NCBI GenBank assembly: GCA_965208575.1
Contig: CBDBOV010000006.1
Span: 1,568,001-1,632,000, forward strand
Length of the DNA stretch: 64,000 bases
Origin: Spirochaetia bacterium
GTDB taxonomy: Bacteria; Spirochaetota; Spirochaetia; SZUA-6; Bin103
Direction of reading: 5' to 3'
Part shown: positions 18,091 to 29,311 of the stretch, piece after piece
Layout: every line of letters starts with the position of its first letter
Position numbering within the stretch: position 1 is the first letter of the stretch
Made by a program: the position numbers and the translations under genes
Notes under the pieces: generated by a model
What the model was told of the DNA's origin: nothing
What the model saw: the letters and a program-made list of their open reading frames with translations, nothing else
Database searches by the model: none

Positions 18091-19703
18091 TGGGCTATCT
18101 GCGCGCCACCGCGGCACTCTGCGCGCTGTTCCTGCTCGGCGTGCTCGCACCCGCGCCGACGGCGGCGCAGAGCGACGGCCCGCGCGAGCGCTCGCTGGTG
18201 GTGGCCTACCCGCCGCAGCAGTTCTCGCTCGATCCGCTGCACACCTTCTCCACCACCGAGGCGCAACTGTTCACCGCGGTGTACGAGGGCCTGGTGGCGT
18301 ACGATCCGATCACCCTCAACCCGGTGGCCGGGCAGGCGGAGCGCTGGGAGATTTCCCGCGACCGCCGCATCTACACGTTCTACCTGAGGCCGGGCGCGCG
18401 CTTCTCGAACGGCGACCAACTGCGCGCGGAGGACTTCCGCCAGTCGTGGCTGCGCATCCTCGACCCCGGCGCCGCCGCCGAGTACTCGTTCCTGTTCGAC
18501 GTGATCGAGGGCGTCGCCGAGTATCGCTCCGGCGAGCTTTCCGACCCGAATCAGGTGGGCATCCGTACGCTCGGCGACAAGGTGCTGGAGGTGGAGCTGG
18601 CCGAGCCGGCGGACCACTTTCTGAAGGTGCTTGCGCATCACAGCTTCTCCGCCATCCATCCCGGCTACATCGGCGCGCTCAATTGGGACCGCGCCGGCCA
18701 GATGATCGGCAACGGGCCGTTCCGGGTCACGTCGTGGACCGACCGGGAACTGCGCCTGGAGCGCAACGAGTACTATTGGGGCCGATCCCAGGTGGAGCTG
18801 GACCGGGTAGTCGTGCGCTTCTACGAAGATCCGCAGGAGATCACCCGGCGGTTCCTCGCCGGCGAGATTCACTGGGCGAACAACTGGGCCAACACGGCCG
18901 AACTGCGGCCCTACCTGGTTGCCAACCCGCTGTTCGCCACCACCTACTTCTACTTCCGCAGCGATCGCGAGCCGTTCGACGACGAGCGGGTGCGCAGCGG
19001 CCTGGCGCTGCTGCTGCCCTGGCACCAGATTCGCAGCCCGGAGGCGGCTTACTTTCCGAGCGACACGCTGGTGCCCGACATCGCCGACTACCCGGAAGTA
19101 GTCGGGATCCGCGAACAGGACATCCGCCGCGGCCTGCAACTGCTGAGCAAGGCCGGCTACGGCGGCGGCCGCGGGTTGCCGACGATCAACATCAAGGTCG
19201 CGGCCGGCAGCGTTGCGGTGCGCGTGGCACAGATCATGCAAGAGGCGTGGGAGGGCCAGCTCGGTGTCGAGGTGGCGGTGCAGGAGTTCCCCTACCGCGA
19301 CCTGATCGAGGAGGTCCGGGCCGGCGACTTTACCCTCGCGCACCAGACCTGGGTGGGCGACTTTGCCGATCCGCTCACCTTCCTGCAGATGTGGATGCGT
19401 TCGAGCAACCTCAACGACGCGGGCTACTTCAACCGCCAGTACGACCGCGCGGTGACGCGCGCGCTGCGCACCGCCGGCGGCGAACGCATGCCGGCGCTGG
19501 CGAGCGCGGAGGAGATGCTGCTCGAGGAGGCGGTGATCCTGCCGATCAGCCACATGGTGGCGTTCAACCTGGTGAGCCGGGGCAGGCTGGACGGGTGGTA
19601 TCCGAACGCGCTCGACATCCACCCGTTCCGCTTCATCCGCTTCAAGAGGCTGGAGGGCCCGCGCGGCGTGGCCGGCGCACCGCCTCCCGCGCCCACCGGC
19701 TAG
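18090..19703 (+). CDS. oppA: Oligopeptide ABC transporter substrate-binding protein (family 5)
   Basis: Signal peptide, LDP, YEGLVAYD, YTFYLRPGARFSNG, GNGPF, WVGDFADP. TGATG coupling to the rhomboid gene. Confidence 0.88.
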   Translation: MGYLRATAALCALFLLGVLAPAPTAAQSDGPRERSLVVAYPPQQFSLDPLHTFSTTEAQLFTAVYEGLVAYDPITLNPVAGQAERWEISRDRRIYTFYLRPGARFSNGDQLRAEDFRQSWLRILDPGAAAEYSFLFDVIEGVAEYRSGELSDPNQVGIRTLGDKVLEVELAEPADHFLKVLAHHSFSAIHPGYIGALNWDRAGQMIGNGPFRVTSWTDRELRLERNEYYWGRSQVELDRVVVRFYEDPQEITRRFLAGEIHWANNWANTAELRPYLVANPLFATTYFYFRSDREPFDDERVRSGLALLLPWHQIRSPEAAYFPSDTLVPDIADYPEVVGIREQDIRRGLQLLSKAGYGGGRGLPTINIKVAAGSVAVRVAQIMQEAWEGQLGVEVAVQEFPYRDLIEEVRAGDFTLAHQTWVGDFADPLTFLQMWMRSSNLNDAGYFNRQYDRAVTRALRTAGGERMPALASAEEMLLEEAVILPISHMVAFNLVSRGRLDGWYPNALDIHPFRFIRFKRLEGPRGVAGAPPPAPTG

Positions 19704-19721
19704 CGCCGCGCCGCCCTTGCC

Positions 19722-20516
19722 CTATCCGCCTTCGCTGCCGGCGGGCTGCCCCGGTACCGGGTTCGCCGCACGCCGCGCGGAGCGTCCCGGCGCATTTGCG
19801 AACCGCTCCAGGAAGGCAAGCAGGCGCGCCCGGAACAGCACGCCGGTCCCGAACAACACCAGTGCGATCGCCATTACGATGCCGGCGAACAGCCAGCGCT
19901 GCTCGGCCGCCGCGTCGCCCATCACCACGCTGCCCACCACGCCCGGCAAGCGGCCCACGGTGGCGATCACCAGGAACAGGCTCAGACGCATCCGCGACAG
20001 GCCGGCCACGTAGCACAGCACGTCCTTGGGTATGCCGGGGATGAGGAAGAACAAAAAGAAGGTGATGGTCGCACGCGGCGACGACGCCATTTGCTGCAGC
20101 CGCTCGAGCTGTTCGCCGCGCAGGATGGCGCGCAGGAATTCGATGCCCAGGAGCCGGGACGCCAGGAATGCGACCGCGGAGCCGATTGCGCTGCCGGCCA
20201 CGGTGAGCGCCAGGCCGCCCGCGATCCCGAACAGGTAGCCGCCGGCGATCTGCGGCACCTCGCCGGGGATGACGAACACGATGATCTGCAGCGCCTGCAC
20301 GGCGACGAACGCGAGCGGCGCGACGGCACCGAAGCCGCCCACCCATTCGCGCAACTCCTCGGGGCGGGTGGCGATGGTCCAGATTTGTTCCCGGAACAGC
20401 AGGATGATCGCAAGCATGGCCGCGAACAGCAGGGGATAGGCGGCCAGGGCAATCAGGCGGTGGGCAGAGGGGGCAGAGGGGGCAGAGCGCGCTCGGCGTG
20501 GACGTTTGGCGGGCAT
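19722..20516 (-). CDS. TVP38/TMEM64 (VTT/DedA-like) membrane protein
   Basis: LQIIVFVIPGEV...GGYLFG and FLIPGIPKDVLCYVAGLS. Confidence 0.88.
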   Translation of the reverse strand: MPAKRPRRARSAPSAPSAHRLIALAAYPLLFAAMLAIILLFREQIWTIATRPEELREWVGGFGAVAPLAFVAVQALQIIVFVIPGEVPQIAGGYLFGIAGGLALTVAGSAIGSAVAFLASRLLGIEFLRAILRGEQLERLQQMASSPRATITFFLFFLIPGIPKDVLCYVAGLSRMRLSLFLVIATVGRLPGVVGSVVMGDAAAEQRWLFAGIVMAIALVLFGTGVLFRARLLAFLERFANAPGRSARRAANPVPGQPAGSEGG

Positions 20517-20642
20517 CGGTTGCGTTTCAGTATAAACGCTTGCGGTCGATTCGTTTGCAACCTGGTAACGGTGTCGTTATATTCCCCCGTGATGTTGACG
20601 TTGTGTGCCCGAGCCCGCTTCGGGCCAGGCAGTTCGCCGGGC

Positions 20643-21785
20643 ATGACGGCGAACCGTACCGGCACCCCAACGCCCGAGATCAGGCATCTCTCCGAGATCA
20701 GGCATCTCCACTTGGCTACCGGATCGACCGCAATTTCCCCGCCAGCGTGGCAGGTGCGTGCCGCCGCGGCTGCCACGCCGAAGCCCGCGGCCGACGTCGC
20801 CGCCGCAAGCGAGGCTGCGCCGTCCGCCGTCCCGGAGAAGCAGCCTGCCGGCACGCGCTCGAAGTCGCACTCCTCCGGCACGGCCAAGCCCGCGAAGACT
20901 GCCAAGAGCGCCGCCGCCGCCCAGACCGCCGCCGCCGCCAAGAACGCCGGTGCGGCCAAGCCGGACGGCGCCGCGAAGTCCACGAAGCCCGCCAACAGCG
21001 CCGGTGCGGCCAAGTCCGCGAAGGCCAAGGCGACCAAGCCCCCCGCCGCCGCCAAGAGCACGGGCAAGGCGAACGGCGAGGCCGCGGCGAGCGGTACGGG
21101 CACGGCCAAGGCCAACGGCGCCGCGGCCAAGACGACCAGGACTGCCAGGGCCACCAAGGCCACCAAGGCCACCAGGACCACCAGGACCACCAGGGCCACC
21201 AAGGCTGCCAAGGCCGCTGCCAACGGATCCGCCGCCAAGACGGCGGCCAAGCCGCGGAGCCGCAAGGGGGCCACGGCGCGCCGCCCGCGCCTGCAATACA
21301 AGGTCGGCCAGCAGCTCGTCTATCCGCTGCAGGGCGTGGGCCAGGTGACCACCATCGAGGAGCGCCCCTTCCGCGACGACACGCTGCTCTACTACGTGGT
21401 CTACCTTGAAGTTTCCGACATGACCATCATGGTGCCGGTCGAGAAGGCGGACGAACTCGGCATCCGCGCCATCGTGCCGCGCCCGGAGGCCAACGGGGCC
21501 CTGCGCCTGATCGGCGAGGACTACGAGCCGATTCCGACCGACTGGAAGCTGCGCTACCAGATGAACCTCGACCTGCTCAAGGCGGGATCGGTACGCGACA
21601 TCGCCACCGTGGTGCGCGCCCTCTACCATCGCAGCCGGATCAAGGAACTGCCGATCCTGGAGCGCAAGCTGTACGACAACGCACGCTCGCTGCTGGTGGA
21701 CGAGCTCTCGTTTTCGCTCGGCAAGGACAAGGACACCATCCAGGAGATGATCAACACTCGCCTGGAAGCCGGCGTGAAGCCGTAG
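20643..21785 (+). CDS. carD: CarD-family RNA polymerase-binding regulator with a long Ala/Lys-rich N-terminal extension (start uncertain)
   Basis: YKVGQQLVYPLQGVGQV...MVPVEKADELGIR...WKLRY...ERKLYDNARSLLVDE. Confidence 0.85.
   Translation: MTANRTGTPTPEIRHLSEIRHLHLATGSTAISPPAWQVRAAAAATPKPAADVAAASEAAPSAVPEKQPAGTRSKSHSSGTAKPAKTAKSAAAAQTAAAAKNAGAAKPDGAAKSTKPANSAGAAKSAKAKATKPPAAAKSTGKANGEAAASGTGTAKANGAAAKTTRTARATKATKATRTTRTTRATKAAKAAANGSAAKTAAKPRSRKGATARRPRLQYKVGQQLVYPLQGVGQVTTIEERPFRDDTLLYYVVYLEVSDMTIMVPVEKADELGIRAIVPRPEANGALRLIGEDYEPIPTDWKLRYQMNLDLLKAGSVRDIATVVRALYHRSRIKELPILERKLYDNARSLLVDELSFSLGKDKDTIQEMINTRLEAGVKP
21135..21215 (+). repeat. 9-bp tandem coding repeats (TRT/ATK units) in the CarD extension
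   Basis: Repeats of GCCACCAAG and ACCACCAGG. Confidence 0.7.
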
Positions 21786-21819
21786 CGGGCAGCGCTCGCA
21801 CCGAGCACGGTCGCGGTCG

Positions 21820-22506
21820 ATGAACCGGGTGACCTCGGCAGGCCCGCCGCGGCGTCCCCGCCGACCCTGGAAAAGGACGCTGGACCGCATGGCGGAGCGC
21901 GTCGGACGCGCCCTGCCGGCGGTATCGGAACTGGCCGAGCAACGGCGCGATCCGTTCGTCGTGCTGGTGTCGACCATCATCTCGCTGCGCACCAAGGACG
22001 AGGTTACCGGACCGGCGTCGCGCCGCCTGCTGGCGCGCGCCCCCGCGCCCCGCGAGCTGGCCGCGCTGCCGGAGGAGGAGATCGCTTCGCTGATCTACCC
22101 GGCCGGTTTCTACAATACGAAGGCGCGCCAACTGCGCGAGGTCGCCGCGATCCTGGTGCGCGACCACGATGCCGCGGTGCCCGACGCGCTGCCCGCGCTG
22201 CTGCGCCTGCCCGGCGTCGGGCGCAAGACCGCCAACCTGGTGCTGGGGCTGTCGTTCGGCATCGCGGCGATCTGCGTGGACACCCACGTGCATCGCATCT
22301 GCAACCGCCTCGGCTGGGTCGCCACGCGCGCGCCGGACGCCACCGAACTGGCGCTGGCGGGCGTGCTGCCGAAACGCTACTGGATTCCGATCAACGCAAT
22401 CATGGTGAGCTTCGGCCAGCAGGTGTGCACCCCGCAGAGCCCACGCTGCTCGCTGTGCCCGGTACGCGGCGGGTGCGAGCGCCGCGGCGTGACCCGGCAC
22501 CGCTGA
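21820..22506 (+). CDS. nth: Endonuclease III
   Basis: HhH motif LPGVGRKTANLV, VDTHVHR, Fe-S motif CxxxxxxCxxCxxxxxC. Confidence 0.93.
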   Translation: MNRVTSAGPPRRPRRPWKRTLDRMAERVGRALPAVSELAEQRRDPFVVLVSTIISLRTKDEVTGPASRRLLARAPAPRELAALPEEEIASLIYPAGFYNTKARQLREVAAILVRDHDAAVPDALPALLRLPGVGRKTANLVLGLSFGIAAICVDTHVHRICNRLGWVATRAPDATELALAGVLPKRYWIPINAIMVSFGQQVCTPQSPRCSLCPVRGGCERRGVTRHR

Positions 22507-22579
22507 GCCCGCGCCGCCCCCGGTGCTAGCGCCCCAAAACCGCCGCCTGCCGGCGCCGTTTTTGGCCCATCCCGTCCCT

Positions 22580-22620
22580 TCGCCTAGGAGGCTGTCGCGA
22601 TCCGACAACCTCCTAGGCGA
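22580..22620. repeat. 18-bp inverted repeat at the MFS stop codon (IS-footprint-like or bidirectional terminator)
   Basis: CTAG-GAGGCTGTCG-cgatc-CGACAACCTC-CTAG. Confidence 0.65.
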
Positions 22621-23848
22621 GGCGGCGAATTCGCGGCAGGCCGACGCCCGCGGCTGCGCTGGAGGCCAGCAGGATCGCGCCGCTGATGAACAGCGCCGAC
22701 GGCGCGCCGATGGCGCTGGCCAGGGCGCCGATGCCCAGTTGCCCCACCGGGGCCACGCCGATGCTCAGCGTCCAGGCGCCCATCGCGCGCCCGCGTTCCT
22801 CGTTGGCGACGTTGTCCTGCATCAGGGTCATGCTCAGCGCATCCACCGCCATCGCGCACGCGGTGGCCGCGGTGAGCACCGCCACCGCCCATACGACGTT
22901 GGCCGACACGATCAGCGCCATCAGGCTGGCGCCGAAACCGATCATCACGGCGAACAACAGCCTGCCCTTGTGGCGAAAGTCGCCAAGCGCCGCCAGCACC
23001 AGGAGCGCGGCGATGCCTCCCGCCTGCCGCACCGCGCTCATTACGCCCAGCCCGACCGCGCCGAGCCCGAGCACGTCCTTGGCAATCACCGGCAGCAGGC
23101 TCATGTGCGTGAAGCCGAACAGCTCGGTGAGCGCCATCAGCGCCATCAGGGTGACCAGCGTGCGGCTGCGCCGCATGATCGCCAGGTAACCGCGCAGCAC
23201 GCGCAGAATCGACGGCGGCGGGGTGTCCAAGGCGGTGGCGGGCCGGCTCCTGATCAGCGCCAGCACCGCCACGGACGCGAGGTACAGCAGACAGATCACC
23301 AGGAACTGCCCGCCGGCCCCGGCCGCGGCAATGATGAATCCCGACAGCAGCGACCCGACGGCCAGGCCGATCTGAAAGCTGACCGAATTGAGCGACATGC
23401 CGTTGAGCGCCAGCGCCGGCCCGACCAGGTCGTAGGTCAGCGCCTGGCGGGTGGTGGTCTGGAACGCGGTTACCCCGCCGGCAAGCGCGGTGAGCGCGAG
23501 GATCGCCCCCAGCGGCGCCGCCCCGGCCAGCAGCACTGCCGCCATCGCGCCGGTTACCAGCACCGCCGCGCCGGTAATCGCCAGCAGCAGGCGGACGCGG
23601 TTCATGCGGTCCGCCACCGCTCCGGAAACCGGCCCGAGAAAGAAGAACGGCGCCATCGACATGGCGGAGGAGACCGCGGTCCAGAACGGCGAGCCGGTGA
23701 TTTCGAACACCAGCCAGCCGGTGACCACCATCTGCATCCCGAGCGACGCGGACTGCAGCAACAGGCCGATCCACAGCAACCGGAAGGAAGGGACGGCGAA
23801 CGAGCGGGCCCACCGGGGGTAGCGCCGCGCACCCGGGCTGCGGCGCAT
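22613..23848 (-). CDS. MFS transporter
   Basis: About 12 hydrophobic segments, GAVADRMNR motif A, RGRAMG. Confidence 0.88.
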   Translation of the reverse strand: MRRSPGARRYPRWARSFAVPSFRLLWIGLLLQSASLGMQMVVTGWLVFEITGSPFWTAVSSAMSMAPFFFLGPVSGAVADRMNRVRLLLAITGAAVLVTGAMAAVLLAGAAPLGAILALTALAGGVTAFQTTTRQALTYDLVGPALALNGMSLNSVSFQIGLAVGSLLSGFIIAAAGAGGQFLVICLLYLASVAVLALIRSRPATALDTPPPSILRVLRGYLAIMRRSRTLVTLMALMALTELFGFTHMSLLPVIAKDVLGLGAVGLGVMSAVRQAGGIAALLVLAALGDFRHKGRLLFAVMIGFGASLMALIVSANVVWAVAVLTAATACAMAVDALSMTLMQDNVANEERGRAMGAWTLSIGVAPVGQLGIGALASAIGAPSALFISGAILLASSAAAGVGLPRIRRLA

Positions 23849-23852
23849 GCGG

Positions 23853-24425
23853 TCAGTCCTGTTGCAGTTCGTTGATGCGGTCGCGGATCTTGGCCGCCTG
23901 CTCGTAGTCCTCGTCCTGTACGGCGGCGTCGAGTTCCTTTTGCAGGTCGGCGAGCAGGGAGTTCTCCTGCGACTTGCCCGGCCGCTTGCGCTGCCGCGCG
24001 CGGTCGCCGTCGTCGACGCCGGATACCGAGCTTGCCGGCATGCCGGCGTGAGAAACCACTTCTTCGTCGATGAAGATCGGGCACTTCACGCGCACCGCGA
24101 GCGCCACGCAGTCGGACGGACGGGCGTCGATCACCATCTCCTCGTCCTCCTGGAGCAGGATGAGGCGGGCGTAGAAGATGCTGTCGTTGATGGCGGTAAT
24201 CTCGATGCGGTTGATCTCCGCGTCGAGCCGACCGAGCACCGACACGAACAGGTCGTGGGTGAGCGGGCGGGCGGCGTTGACGTCGCCGAGCCCCATCACG
24301 ATGGAGTGCGCGATGCTGGGATCGACGAAGATGGGCACTACCGAGTCGCTGCCGGTGGGGCGGATCAACACCGCGTTGCCGTCCTGAGCCTTGACCACGG
24401 TCCAGATGTCTGCGGGTACTAGCAT
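23853..24425 (-). CDS. Bifunctional nuclease (DUF151) domain protein with a C-terminal UVR domain
   Basis: RPLTHDL, IDARPSDCVALA, AVQDEDYEQAAKIRD. Confidence 0.88.
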   Translation of the reverse strand: MLVPADIWTVVKAQDGNAVLIRPTGSDSVVPIFVDPSIAHSIVMGLGDVNAARPLTHDLFVSVLGRLDAEINRIEITAINDSIFYARLILLQEDEEMVIDARPSDCVALAVRVKCPIFIDEEVVSHAGMPASSVSGVDDGDRARQRKRPGKSQENSLLADLQKELDAAVQDEDYEQAAKIRDRINELQQD

Positions 24426-24453
24426 GCTGCGTGCGGCATCCGTCTCCCCGCCA

Positions 24454-25716
<1,263 letters not shown>

Positions 25717-25763
25717 CCATCGTCACGGAGCAACCCCCGGGACCAGGACCACAGGATTTGTCC

Positions 25764-25810
25764 AACCGACTTTGCTGGTCTTCGCCACCTGGTCAGCCCC
25801 TACTCATCGC
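25764..25810 (-). repeat. Diverged duplicate of the clpX 5' end (copy of about 25680-25724)
   Basis: GGGGCTGACCA(A/G)GTGGCGAAGACCAGCAAA occurs twice, about 85 bp apart. Confidence 0.85.
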
Positions 25811-25874
25811 CGGCAAGCGATGCCCCGGCCGGCAAGGGGATGCCACTGCATCGGTCCTCGTCGAGATTTCCGTG

Positions 25875-26501
25875 TCACGGAGTGTCCGTGCCGCCGCCAT
25901 CGCTTTCGTCGCGCTTCATCACCCGGTCGATCAGGCCGTACGCCTGCGCCTCGTCGGAAGACATATAGTAGTCGCGTTCGAGGTCCGACGCAATCACCTC
26001 GTCCTCCTTCTGCGCGTGAATGGCAAAGTAGTGGATGATCATCCTCTTGAGCCGGATCAACTCGCGCGCCTGGATGCTGATGTCCGCCGCCTGACCCTGC
26101 ACGCCGCCCCACGGCTGGTGAATGAGCATGCGCGCGGAGGGCAGCGCGAACCGCTTGCCGTGGGTGCCGGCGGCGAGCAGCAGGGCGCCCATCGACGCGG
26201 CCTGCCCGAGGCAGACGGTCTGAATGTCGGGCCGGACGTACTGCATGGTGTCGTAGATGGCGAGGCCGGCGGTGACCGAGCCGCCGGGCGAATTGATGTA
26301 GAGCTGGATGTCGCGGTCCGGATCCTGCGACTGCAGGAACAGGAGCTGGGCTACGACCAGGTCGGCGGTGACGTCGAAGATCTCACCGTCGATGAAGATG
26401 ATGCGGTCCTTGAGCAGCCGCGAGTAGATGTCGTAGGAACGCTCCCCCCGGCCGGTCTGTTCGATGACGATGGGTACCAGACTGTTTAGCTGTGCGTCCA
26501 T
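25875..26501 (-). CDS. clpP: ATP-dependent Clp protease proteolytic subunit
   Basis: [30 protein letters not shown]. Confidence 0.97.
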   Translation of the reverse strand: MDAQLNSLVPIVIEQTGRGERSYDIYSRLLKDRIIFIDGEIFDVTADLVVAQLLFLQSQDPDRDIQLYINSPGGSVTAGLAIYDTMQYVRPDIQTVCLGQAASMGALLLAAGTHGKRFALPSARMLIHQPWGGVQGQAADISIQARELIRLKRMIIHYFAIHAQKEDEVIASDLERDYYMSSDEAQAYGLIDRVMKRDESDGGGTDTP

Positions 26502-26553
26502 GATGCGTGTAGAGCCGGCCCCTGCCCGTGGGGCACGGGGAGACTGCGCTAAT

Positions 26554-27933
26554 TTACTGGTTCGCCTGCACCGAGTCCATATAGCCGGTGTAGCTCGTGC
26601 GCGCACCCGCCGTGATGTCGCAGACCGCGATCAGGCGGTCGAACAATCGCTCGTCGCGCAATTCGCGGCGCAGGTAGTCGAGCATGTTCCGGCTCTCGTA
26701 GCGCGTGCGCAGTTCGGCCGCATCCTCGCCGCGCTGCTCCGCCATCTCGCTCAGGCGGGCATCGAGATCGTCGTCGCCGATCGCGATCATCTCCCGGTCG
26801 GCGAGCGCCTCCTGGACCAGCGAGCGGCGCACCCGGCGCTCCACCGTCGGGCGCAGATCCTCGATCGCCTCGTCGACGCTGCCGCCGCCGGCTTCGATCG
26901 CCGCGGCAAGCTGCTCCGGCGTCTGCCCGCTGCGCGCCGCGTAGCCGCTCCACGCGCTCTGCAAGTCGACCGCCACCATCGACTTGGGCAGCGGGATCTC
27001 GGACGATTCCACCACCCGGTCCATGATCTGCTCGATCAGCCGGGTGCGGATGTGTGCGTCGGCGTTCGACCGCAGCCGCTCGCGCAGGTCGTTCTTCAGG
27101 TCGTCGAGGGTTTCGAAGCGTTCGCTGACGTCCTGGGCGAGTTCATCGTCGAGGTCGGGGAGCTGTTTCTCCTTCACCGAGGTCACGGTGACCCTGAGGG
27201 TGACCGTGCGGCCCGCCAGTTCGCGGTGTTCCCAGTCGTCCGGGAACGACTTGCTGAACTCCTTGTCGGCACCGCGCTGCATGCCGATCAGCTCGTCGTC
27301 CATGTGGTACAGGTTGTAGTGGGTGCCCACCTCGAACACGAAGTCGCGGCGCTCGGTGGTGGAGTTCGGGGCTCCCGCATCGTCGAGCTCCACGTAGTTG
27401 ACCGTGACCACGTCGCCTTGCTCGACCGCCACCGGTGCGTCGCCCTGGGCCTTCTTGTCGATCACCACGGCGTTCTGTTCGCGCAGGTTGCCGAGCTCGC
27501 GCTCCACGTCGGCATCTTCGACGGCCACCTCCGGCTTCTCCAGCTTCAGGCCGTGGTAGTCGCCGAGCTTGACGTCGGGCCAGGTGTCGTAGACCACGGT
27601 GAAGGTGAAATCTTCGCCGAGCACGATCTGCCGCCCGGAGTCGGCGCGCGGCGGCAGGTAGGGCAGCGGCTTCTGCTCCACGCTCTCGATCACTTCGCTG
27701 ACGGTCTCGTTGATCACCTGCTCGGTGACTTGGCGGGCGAGGGCGTCGCCGAACTTGCGCACCAGCACGTCGCGCGGCACCTTGCCGCGCCGGAAGCCGC
27801 GGATCTGGGCGCCGCGGCGCAGTTCGCGGAGCGACTTGTCGTAGCACTCCTGGACGCTGCTGCCTGCCACGGTGAGGGTAAGCCGCACCTCGCTGTCGTC
27901 AGAGACGGATAGTTCCTGGTTGGTAACGGTCAC
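26554..27933 (-). CDS. tig: Trigger factor
   Basis: GFRRGKVP signature and an FKBP-like middle domain; lies upstream of clpP. Confidence 0.93.
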   Translation of the reverse strand: MTVTNQELSVSDDSEVRLTLTVAGSSVQECYDKSLRELRRGAQIRGFRRGKVPRDVLVRKFGDALARQVTEQVINETVSEVIESVEQKPLPYLPPRADSGRQIVLGEDFTFTVVYDTWPDVKLGDYHGLKLEKPEVAVEDADVERELGNLREQNAVVIDKKAQGDAPVAVEQGDVVTVNYVELDDAGAPNSTTERRDFVFEVGTHYNLYHMDDELIGMQRGADKEFSKSFPDDWEHRELAGRTVTLRVTVTSVKEKQLPDLDDELAQDVSERFETLDDLKNDLRERLRSNADAHIRTRLIEQIMDRVVESSEIPLPKSMVAVDLQSAWSGYAARSGQTPEQLAAAIEAGGGSVDEAIEDLRPTVERRVRRSLVQEALADREMIAIGDDDLDARLSEMAEQRGEDAAELRTRYESRNMLDYLRRELRDERLFDRLIAVCDITAGARTSYTGYMDSVQANQ

Positions 27934-27975
27934 TCGATTGCCTTGTGTTTGTTCGAGCCATTCGAACGATGTTCG

Positions 27976-28047
27976 AGCGGGAAACGGGATTCGAACCCGC
28001 GACTTCCACCTTGGCAAGGTGGAGCTCTACCACTGAGCTATTCCCGC
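27976..28047 (-). tRNA. tRNA-Gly(GCC)
   Basis: GCGGGAATAGCTCAGTGGTAGAGC...TTGCCAA...GGTTCGAATCCCGTTTCCCGCT. Confidence 0.95.
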
Positions 28048-28051
28048 TTGT

Positions 28052-28133
28052 TGCGAGAGAAGGGACTCGAACCCTTACGCCTCGCGGCACCAGATCCTAA
28101 ATCTGGCGTGTATACCAGTTTCACCACTCTCGC
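28052..28133 (-). tRNA. tRNA-Leu(TAG)
   Basis: GCGAGAGTGGTGAAACTGGTA...TTTAGGA, long variable arm, GGTTCGAGTCC. Confidence 0.95.
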
Positions 28134-28174
28134 CATTGCCGAGGCACGCGCCCCCGGAACCTCGGCTGCCATGC

Positions 28175-28247
28175 TGAGCCGTGAAGGGATCGAACCTTCG
28201 ACCCGCAGATTAAGAGTCTGCTGCTCTACCAGCTGAGCTAACGGCCC
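28175..28247 (-). tRNA. tRNA-Lys(CTT)
   Basis: GGGCCGTTAGCTCAGCTGGTAGAGC...CTCTTAA...GGTTCGATCCC. Confidence 0.95.
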
Positions 28248-28367
28248 TCGATGTCGCAACGGACGCTGCCTCTTCTTGTGCTCCTCCTCGTGTGCCCTGC
28301 TCATCCGTGTGCCCCCTCCCCGGGTACCCTTGGGCGCCGGAGAGGCGGTTCCGCACGATTGCTCGCT

Positions 28368-28442
<75 letters not shown>

Positions 28443-28550
28443 CACTGTTGCGCGTAGCGGATCCGGTAACGTACCTGGTGGCCTGCGCAACCCGCCATCC
28501 GCTGGCGCCCGGCTGCCGCCGGACGCCCGCCCAGGTACCACCAGAGGGTG

Positions 28551-28624
28551 GGTGGGTGATGGGGCTTGAACCCACAACTTCCAGATCCACAGTCTGGTGC
28601 TCTACCTATTGAACTACACCCACC
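28551..28624 (-). tRNA. tRNA-His(GTG)
   Basis: G-1 then GTGGGTGTAGTTCAATAGGTAGAGC...CTGTGGA...GGTTCAAGCCC. Confidence 0.93.
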
Positions 28625-28766
28625 GAGTGGCGCAACCCGTCCGCCCTCGCGCACGCTGCAACGCAGACAACAGGGTAATCAGCGGTCTGGCCGGCTGTCA
28701 ACCGGAATCTGGCCGGCTTGGTCGGCTGCGGCGCGCAACGGCTGCCGCGCCGGTTTCGCGGACGGG

Positions 28767-29180
28767 TCAGCGGCGCTCCAGGTCGAGCGCGGCCGAGTTG
28801 ATGCAGAAGCGCTTGCCGTCGGGACCGGGGCCGTCGTCGAACACGTGCCCGAGGTGGGCCTCGCAGCGGCTGCACAGCACCTCGGTGCGGCGCATGAAGA
28901 AGCTGTTGTCGGACTCGGTGTGCACGCAACCCGCGGCAACGGGCGCGGTGAAGCTCGGCCAGCCGGTGCCGGAGTCGAACTTGTCGGCGGCGTCGAACAG
29001 CTTGCTGCCGCACGCCACGCAGCGATAGGTACCGTCGTCCTTGGTGTTCCAGTAGGTGCCGGTGAACGGTGGCTCGGTACCCTTCTTGCGGGTAATGTGA
29101 TACTGCTCGGGCGTGAGCTGACGGCGCCACTCGGCGTCGCTCTTGCGCACCTCCGGTTCGACCTTGCCTTGCTTGCTCAC
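28767..29180 (-). CDS. msrB: Peptide-methionine (R)-S-oxide reductase
   Basis: GTEPPFTG, KFDSGTGWPSF, HLGHVF, RFCINS. Confidence 0.95.
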   Translation of the reverse strand: MSKQGKVEPEVRKSDAEWRRQLTPEQYHITRKKGTEPPFTGTYWNTKDDGTYRCVACGSKLFDAADKFDSGTGWPSFTAPVAAGCVHTESDNSFFMRRTEVLCSRCEAHLGHVFDDGPGPDGKRFCINSAALDLERR

Positions 29181-29216
29181 CAGTGTCCTCCTCCACGAAC
29201 CTTCCAGGACACGGTA

Positions 29217-29305
29217 CTACAAACCGATCTTGTCGGCCACTTCGCGCATCGCCAGAATGACGAAACGGTCAGTCGGTAACAGGTCGTCCAGCGGGGTGGC
29301 GAGGA
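29217..29305 (-). repeat. Diverged duplicate of the HD-protein 3' end with its own stop codon
   Basis: [28 protein letters not shown] versus the gene's [25 protein letters not shown]. Confidence 0.88.
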
Positions 29306-29311
29306 GGCGGA

